This document shows positions 58,848 to 64,000 of a stretch of DNA of 64,000 nucleotides, in pieces. The DNA is taken from contig CAYNVS010000003.1 of NCBI GenBank assembly GCA_964400725.1, positions 16,711 through 80,710 on the forward strand, written 5' to 3'. Each line of letters opens with the position of its first letter. Position 1 is the stretch's first letter. Position numbers and translations under genes: made by a program. This DNA comes from an uncultured Myxococcales bacterium (GTDB lineage: Bacteria > Myxococcota_A > SURF-8 > CAYNVS01). The notes below the pieces were generated by a model. That model was not told where the DNA came from. It made no database searches and saw only the letters and a program-made list of their open reading frames with translations.

Positions 58848-60701
58848 ATGAAAAACAATGAAGTTTGTTTGGTTAAATCGTTTATTATTACCGCGGCGGT
58901 CTCGCTTGCTTTTGCCGTTTCGGCCTGCTCGTCCGAGAGCGTTATTTTTAAAACCGAAGGAGGCGACGGAGACGCAGAAACGTCGGAAGAAACGACCGCC
59001 GAGCAGATTGACGAGACCGAAGACGTTTCCGAAACGACGGAATCCGCCGACGAAACGGATGCGGCGGAGCAGAATGAGACGATTGAAGAATTTGCAGAGG
59101 TCGAGACGGAATCTCCGGTCGAAAGCGAATCGGAAGCGGTAGAACAGATTGAAGAGACTCCCGTTGAAACTGCGGAAGAATTCCCAGAAACTACGGAAGT
59201 TGCGGAAGAAACGACGGAAGAAACCGCGGAAGAAACCGCGGAAGTTGAACAGTCCGAGCCGGGCGCTGAAATAGAAAGCGAGGCGGAGGCTAATCGTTCG
59301 GTTCTGCGCGGCAAGGTTTACATGAACTCCGAGCGAATTGGACATCAGAGCTTTATGTACGCGGTCGTCGCAGTATTCGATAAAGAGCCGTTCCATGACG
59401 AAGCCGAGCCAGTTGCATTTATTCAACTGAAGCCTCAAGACTTCGCCTGCGATTTAGGAACGAAAGTCTGCGAGGGGGAGTATTACTCGGACTCGCTGCC
59501 TGCCGGCAACTATTTCGTTCTTGGCGGAGTATATTTCACTACGACCGGCCAAATTCCCGACGACCTTTACTTTCCGCCGGAAAGTCCGTTCTATCTCGCC
59601 GAAGACGGCCAGACCGAAATTATAAATATTTATCTCGGAGTTCAAAACCCGGCTTTGGGCGGATTTGCCGGAGACGTTTACATCGACCCGGCTTTGTTAA
59701 TCTCAGGCTCGCCTGTCGCTTATTATATTGCGGTAATTCAGGCCGACTCCTATCCGCCGTATCCCGAAATGTCCGCCAAAAACTATTTGGTCATCAATTT
59801 CTCTGATTGCGAGGCAGGAGGAAAATGTCCGTTCAAAATGCTTAACGCGGCGTTGGGACGTTGGTATTTAATAGCGCTTTTACTAATTGAAGGTCAGGAA
59901 GCGCCTAAGGATTACGCCGGGGCCGGACCTTTCACGGTAGAGGCCGGAAAGACGGAGGAAGGGGTTGAAATATTTCTAGGCGTTGACGATCCGTCGCTCG
60001 GTTCAGTTTCGGGGAAGCTGTCGATGGTCAACCCGCCGCCTGCCGGAGATTTAATCGGAGCGATTGCAGCAAATCAGTGGCCGCCTCCTTCGTGGGGAAC
60101 CTCATGGATTGAGAGTTACAAGACTTATCAATCCGACGGTTCGCAGAAAAGCGTTGACTACAAGGTAGGCGGTTTGAAAACCGGCGAGTATTCTATAGTA
60201 GGGTTTTTAAGCGCGCCGGGGCAGCAGGGATGGTACTCGATGTCGCTTTACGGAAAGAAAATCAACGTCGATTTGAACGGCGCGAAGGACGTTTCGGGCG
60301 TTGACTTTATAATATTCAACGGACGTATTTACGGCGACATAAGCATGTACGACGAGGTTCACGAAACGGTGGGCAGCGTAATTGTAATAATTCAAGGAAT
60401 CGACGTTACGACCAACCCGCCTTCTATTATTTCGGGCGGGACGGCCAAAGTCCGCATGACGCCCGTAAATTCTCCGCACAAATACGCCGCGAGCTATTCT
60501 CTTGACGTAGGCGCGCCCGAATTTACGCATTATCTTAGCGTCTGCCTCGATCTCGATGACGACGGCGAATGCAGGACGCCCGACAACGGCGGACAAGATC
60601 AGCTTTATCCCGCCGCGACGGTCAATCCGAAGACGTTCCTATTTCCGAAGGACGCTGCGAGTTATAAGTTCGATTTCAGCGTTGACGCGCATTGGGAGTA
60701 G
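58848..60701 (+). CDS. Hypothetical secreted lipoprotein with an acidic ETxEE repeat linker and a C-terminal beta-rich domain
   Basis: Signal peptide ...AFAVSAC. The linker (ETSEETTAEQIDETEDVSETTESADETDAAEQ...) contains a 15-bp perfect tandem duplication at about 59216-59245. RBS GGAGG upstream. Confidence 0.55.
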   Translation: MKNNEVCLVKSFIITAAVSLAFAVSACSSESVIFKTEGGDGDAETSEETTAEQIDETEDVSETTESADETDAAEQNETIEEFAEVETESPVESESEAVEQIEETPVETAEEFPETTEVAEETTEETAEETAEVEQSEPGAEIESEAEANRSVLRGKVYMNSERIGHQSFMYAVVAVFDKEPFHDEAEPVAFIQLKPQDFACDLGTKVCEGEYYSDSLPAGNYFVLGGVYFTTTGQIPDDLYFPPESPFYLAEDGQTEIINIYLGVQNPALGGFAGDVYIDPALLISGSPVAYYIAVIQADSYPPYPEMSAKNYLVINFSDCEAGGKCPFKMLNAALGRWYLIALLLIEGQEAPKDYAGAGPFTVEAGKTEEGVEIFLGVDDPSLGSVSGKLSMVNPPPAGDLIGAIAANQWPPPSWGTSWIESYKTYQSDGSQKSVDYKVGGLKTGEYSIVGFLSAPGQQGWYSMSLYGKKINVDLNGAKDVSGVDFIIFNGRIYGDISMYDEVHETVGSVIVIIQGIDVTTNPPSIISGGTAKVRMTPVNSPHKYAASYSLDVGAPEFTHYLSVCLDLDDDGECRTPDNGGQDQLYPAATVNPKTFLFPKDAASYKFDFSVDAHWE

Positions 60702-60755
60702 GGGAATGGGAGCGAACCGGAGCGCCCCCCGCGCATCGGCGCGCTTTTTCTTTTA

Positions 60756-63119
60756 TCAGCTTTTCTCAAGCGCGGCGTCGAACGCCTCTTCCATGTCGGC
60801 TACGGCGATGATTTCCACCCTGCGCTTGAGTTTGGGGTCGAGCTTTGCGAGATCGGGCGCGTTGGCGAGCGGCGCGATAACCCTTTTTATTCCGTAGCGC
60901 GCGGCCGCCAGCAGTTTCTCTTTTAATCCGCCGACCGGCAGTATTCTTCCGGTCAGCGTTATTTCTCCGGTCATTGCGGTGTCGCATCGCACCGGCGCGC
61001 CGGAATAAAGCGAAAGCAACGTAGCCGCGATTGCGACGCCAGCGCTTGGGCCGTCCTTGGGGGTAGCGCCTGACGGAACGTGAACGTGCGCGTCGAAATT
61101 ATCGAACTTTTTCAAATCTATGCCGCGTTCCGAGGCCGTCGATTTGACGTAAGACAGCGCGGCAAAAGCCGATTCGCGCATTACCTCGCCCAGCTTTCCG
61201 GTCAACTGCAACGCTCCTCGACCGGGAACCAGACGCGCTTCAACGTAAAGTATTTCTCCGCCCGACGGCGTCCAAGCCAGCCCCGCGGAAACTCCGACCA
61301 TATTGTTTTTGTAAAGCTCCTCTCCGATGTAATACGGAGGGCCTAGGAATTTTTGCGCGTCCGCCGCTCCGACTACGATTTTTCGGTCGTCCCCTTCCGC
61401 GGCTTTACGTGCGATTTTGCGGCAAATTGAGCCTATGTTTCTTTCGAGGCCGCGCAGCCCGGCCTCGCGGGTGTAGCCGAGCGTAATTTTTTTTACGGCG
61501 GCGTCCGTAATCGCAACGCGCGACTCGTCGAGGCCGTTTTCTTTTATCTGTTTTGGAATTAAAAACCTCCGCGCTATAGCGACCTTCTCGTCCAGCGAGT
61601 AGCCGGACAAAGGTATTACTTCCATTCTGTCCAGCAGCGGCGCGGGTATCGAGTCGAGATTATTGGCCGTGGCAATGAACATCACGTCGCTTAGGTCGAA
61701 AGGAATGTTTATGTAATGGTCAACGAAAGAACCGTTTTGTTCCGGGTCCAGCGTTTCCAGAAGCGCGGCGGACGGATCGCCGTGAAAGTCGCTTCCTAGC
61801 TTGTCTATTTCGTCGAGCATGAATACGGGATTCCGCGAACCGGCCTGCTTCATTCCGTAAATTATTTTTCCGGGCATGGCGCCTATGTACGTGCGGCGGT
61901 GGCCTCGTATTTCGGCTTCGTCTTTTATTCCGCCCAGCGAAGCGCGGACGAATTTGCGGCCGGTGGCGCGCGCCACAGATTTGCCTAGGCTTGTTTTTCC
62001 TACTCCCGGAGGGCCTGCGAAGCAGAGAATCGTTCCTTTCCGGTTGGGGTTGAGTTTCAACACCGCAAGAAATTCTAGAATTCGGTCTTTTATTTCCTCC
62101 ATGTCGTAGTGGTCTTCGTCAAGCGTTCGTTTGGCTTCAGTTAAATCTATCTTGTCCTCAGTTTTAGTCGCCCAAGGCAGTTCGGCAAGCCAGTCGAGAT
62201 ACGTGCGTATAACGCCCGCCTCCGAGCTTTCATACTGCATTCCTTCCAGTCTTCTCAGCTGTTTTTCGGCTTCATCCGCGGCGTGTTTGGGCATGGCGGC
62301 CTCCGCGATTTTCCTTCTCAACGAGCCGATTTCTTCGCTCGCCCAGTCCGACTCGCCCAGCGCCTCCTTTATTTGCTTCAGCTGTTCGCGCAGAAAATAC
62401 TCGCGCTGCGATTTGCTCATTCTTTCCCGCGCTTTATTTTGAATGTCGGCCTGCGTTTCTATTACTTCTATCTCCCTCGCTAGGGCTTCGCTAACCGCTT
62501 CCAGCCGTTGTTTGGGCGGTAAAATTTCGAGTATTTTTTGCGCTTCTTCCGCCTTTAAAATTATGTTTGAGGCGATTAGGTCTGCCAGCCGTCCGGGGTC
62601 GTTTACCGAGTTTATCACCAGCAGAACGTCGGGCGACATGTTTTTCCCGATAGAAACTAGTTTCTCCATGTTTTCGCGCATGCCGCGCATGAGCGCCTCT
62701 GTTTCGACGTCCGGAGCGGACGTCTCTTCCTCCTCCTTGAAAATTTCTACGCCGACGAACTGCGGTTGGTCTAGTCTGACTCCCTTTGGGCGCTTCCATT
62801 CGGTAATGCGTCCTTTCGCTACTCCCTGCGCGAGTATTTTCAGGCGGCCGTCCGGCAGCTTTCTCATCCTCATGATAGAGCCTACGCATCCTATAGCGTA
62901 CACGTCTTCCTCTTTCGGTTCTTCCGTTTCCGGACTCTTCTGCGACGCCATGAAAACGAGCCTGTCTCCATTCATTGCGCTTTCGACCGCCATAACGCCC
63001 ATTTCGCGGGAGACGATTAGAGGCATGATCATGTACGGATATATAACCGCGTCCTTCAGCGGCAACAACGGCAGGACGGACGGAATGGATATTGTTTCGG
63101 CGGCTTTGTCGTTTTTCAT
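60756..63119 (-). CDS. lon: ATP-dependent protease La (Lon)
   Basis: Lon N-terminal domain (LPLLPLKDAVIYPYMIMPL). AAA+ Walker A GPPGVGKTSLGKSVA. S16 protease motif PKDGPSAGVAIATALLS with the catalytic Ser. Confidence 0.9.
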   Translation of the reverse strand: MKNDKAAETISIPSVLPLLPLKDAVIYPYMIMPLIVSREMGVMAVESAMNGDRLVFMASQKSPETEEPKEEDVYAIGCVGSIMRMRKLPDGRLKILAQGVAKGRITEWKRPKGVRLDQPQFVGVEIFKEEEETSAPDVETEALMRGMRENMEKLVSIGKNMSPDVLLVINSVNDPGRLADLIASNIILKAEEAQKILEILPPKQRLEAVSEALAREIEVIETQADIQNKARERMSKSQREYFLREQLKQIKEALGESDWASEEIGSLRRKIAEAAMPKHAADEAEKQLRRLEGMQYESSEAGVIRTYLDWLAELPWATKTEDKIDLTEAKRTLDEDHYDMEEIKDRILEFLAVLKLNPNRKGTILCFAGPPGVGKTSLGKSVARATGRKFVRASLGGIKDEAEIRGHRRTYIGAMPGKIIYGMKQAGSRNPVFMLDEIDKLGSDFHGDPSAALLETLDPEQNGSFVDHYINIPFDLSDVMFIATANNLDSIPAPLLDRMEVIPLSGYSLDEKVAIARRFLIPKQIKENGLDESRVAITDAAVKKITLGYTREAGLRGLERNIGSICRKIARKAAEGDDRKIVVGAADAQKFLGPPYYIGEELYKNNMVGVSAGLAWTPSGGEILYVEARLVPGRGALQLTGKLGEVMRESAFAALSYVKSTASERGIDLKKFDNFDAHVHVPSGATPKDGPSAGVAIAATLLSLYSGAPVRCDTAMTGEITLTGRILPVGGLKEKLLAAARYGIKRVIAPLANAPDLAKLDPKLKRRVEIIAVADMEEAFDAALEKS

Positions 63120-63561
63120 TTACGCGTCTCCTTTAAAAGCGAAGACTTTGTTTATATGCATTAATTTATTGATTAATATATCGTTAATAGCAAAAATCCG
63201 CAATATTGTAAAAGCCGACCGCTTCCCGATTCGGCCAAACGCTCGGTATGCGCTAAATAAAAGGCCGCTCGCGTCTATTAAGTCGTTTTAGCGTTCGCAT
63301 TGAGGAGCGCGCGCTTGGCGGGCTAAATTAAGAAATAAGACCGAGTTAATTATAAGACCTCTCTTTTTTTTATTCAAACCGGAGGCGTTTCCCTTTGCAT
63401 ATTCGATGCGGGCGCGATAAGAATTCGTACTGATGACGAAATGAAACAATAAATGCAATATCGTCCATAATGCGCAATAAAAATAAGTCGTTATACGTTT
63501 GCGGTTCTTGACAACAGGCTCGCGATAATTTAAAAATATAATTATCAGGAGGAGCAAAGAT

Positions 63562-64000
63562 TTGAAGATTTTAAATAAAATTATTGTAGGCGCGCGCAAA
63601 GCGTCCGCAAGCGCGGACGTGGAAATGCGCGCGAAGCGAGCGCTGGCGGAAACTTCTCTTCTCGCGCTTTCGGCAATGTTTGAGCTGACCAGCGAACACG
63701 TTAAAGCCATGAAACTGGAAGTCGCCGGTTGGGAGAACGGCAGGAGAATAGGCATAGGCGTTTTGCCGCAAGGCCCTTACGTAACCATCAAATTTGAGGA
63801 CGGCAAGTTCAAGCATATCGGCAAAGGGCTCGTCGATCCGCACGTCTCCATTCTCTTCAAAAACCTTGATTCGGCCGTTCTTATCTTTGCAGGTTTGATT
63901 GGCGCGCCGCAGGCGGTTGCCGAAAACCGCGTTCTCATTAACGGCGACAATAGTTACGCTATGCAGGTAACTCGCGCCATGGCGATAGTTCAGACGTATC
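63562..64000 (+). CDS. 3'-partial hypothetical protein (runs off the window end)
   Basis: Open frame starting at a TTG after GGAGGAG, with no stop before the window edge. No motif recognised. Confidence 0.3.
   Translation, partial: MKILNKIIVGARKASASADVEMRAKRALAETSLLALSAMFELTSEHVKAMKLEVAGWENGRRIGIGVLPQGPYVTIKFEDGKFKHIGKGLVDPHVSILFKNLDSAVLIFAGLIGAPQAVAENRVLINGDNSYAMQVTRAMAIVQTY

Noticed and set aside
62443-63291. 282-aa plus-strand ORF
   Set aside because: Antisense to lon.

Overview
This is a 64 kb bacterial chromosomal window, high GC (roughly 60%) with several clearly lower-GC islets. Genes are dense on both strands. I could not support any CRISPR array, IS element or prophage from the sequence.

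The left 13.3 kb is a single same-strand operon-like block encoding a complete [FeFe]-hydrogenase system. It starts with a 5'-truncated NuoF-like flavoprotein fused to a GltD/NfnB-like module. Next comes HydA with all three H-cluster motifs. A CheY-like receiver follows, then a degenerate sensory HydA-like domain fused to a histidine kinase, and a hybrid kinase. The block ends with the maturases HydE and HydG, an aspartase/fumarase-family lyase, and HydF, with translational overlaps between them.

The rest of the window is dominated by very large secreted or lipoprotein-type proteins. These are probably the most novel part of the window:
- Two proteins carry five FGE-sulfatase-fold domains between them (one further half-domain is too degenerate to assess), and these lack the catalytic CHxSYC cysteine pair. 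One protein is fused to a TlpA-like thioredoxin and PEGA-like domains. The other is disrupted by a homopolymer frameshift.
- An AgmX/PglI-type C-terminal domain protein.
- A three-gene minus-strand locus (a 290-aa lipoprotein, a ~1960-aa lipoprotein and a small downstream gene). The first two share an unannotated ~100-aa repeat module.
- A 1785-aa adhesin-like protein with ~25 Cys-rich ~44-aa repeats, a PKD domain, parallel beta-helix repeats and a duplicated ~100-aa module.
- A 1601-aa ORF with an internal MYXO-CTERM-like sorting tail directly abutting a lipoprotein signal-like segment, suggesting two fused genes.
- A Cys-rich lipoprotein whose PPC-type C-terminal domain is out of frame.

Housekeeping genes include a photolyase/cryptochrome, a tandem Usp protein, a TPR-SLT lytic transglycosylase, tRNA-Val and tRNA-Arg, SppA, a NifU-like protein, PurB, PilC plus a pilin, a deoxynucleoside kinase, an NYN protein, a GIY-YIG nuclease next to tRNA-Leu, a DedA/TVP38 protein, an SDR oxidoreductase and Lon.

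The AgmX/PglI domain, MYXO-CTERM-like tail and expanded FGE-fold proteins suggest a Myxococcota-like (possibly anaerobic or uncultured) lineage. That is an inference from the sequence only.
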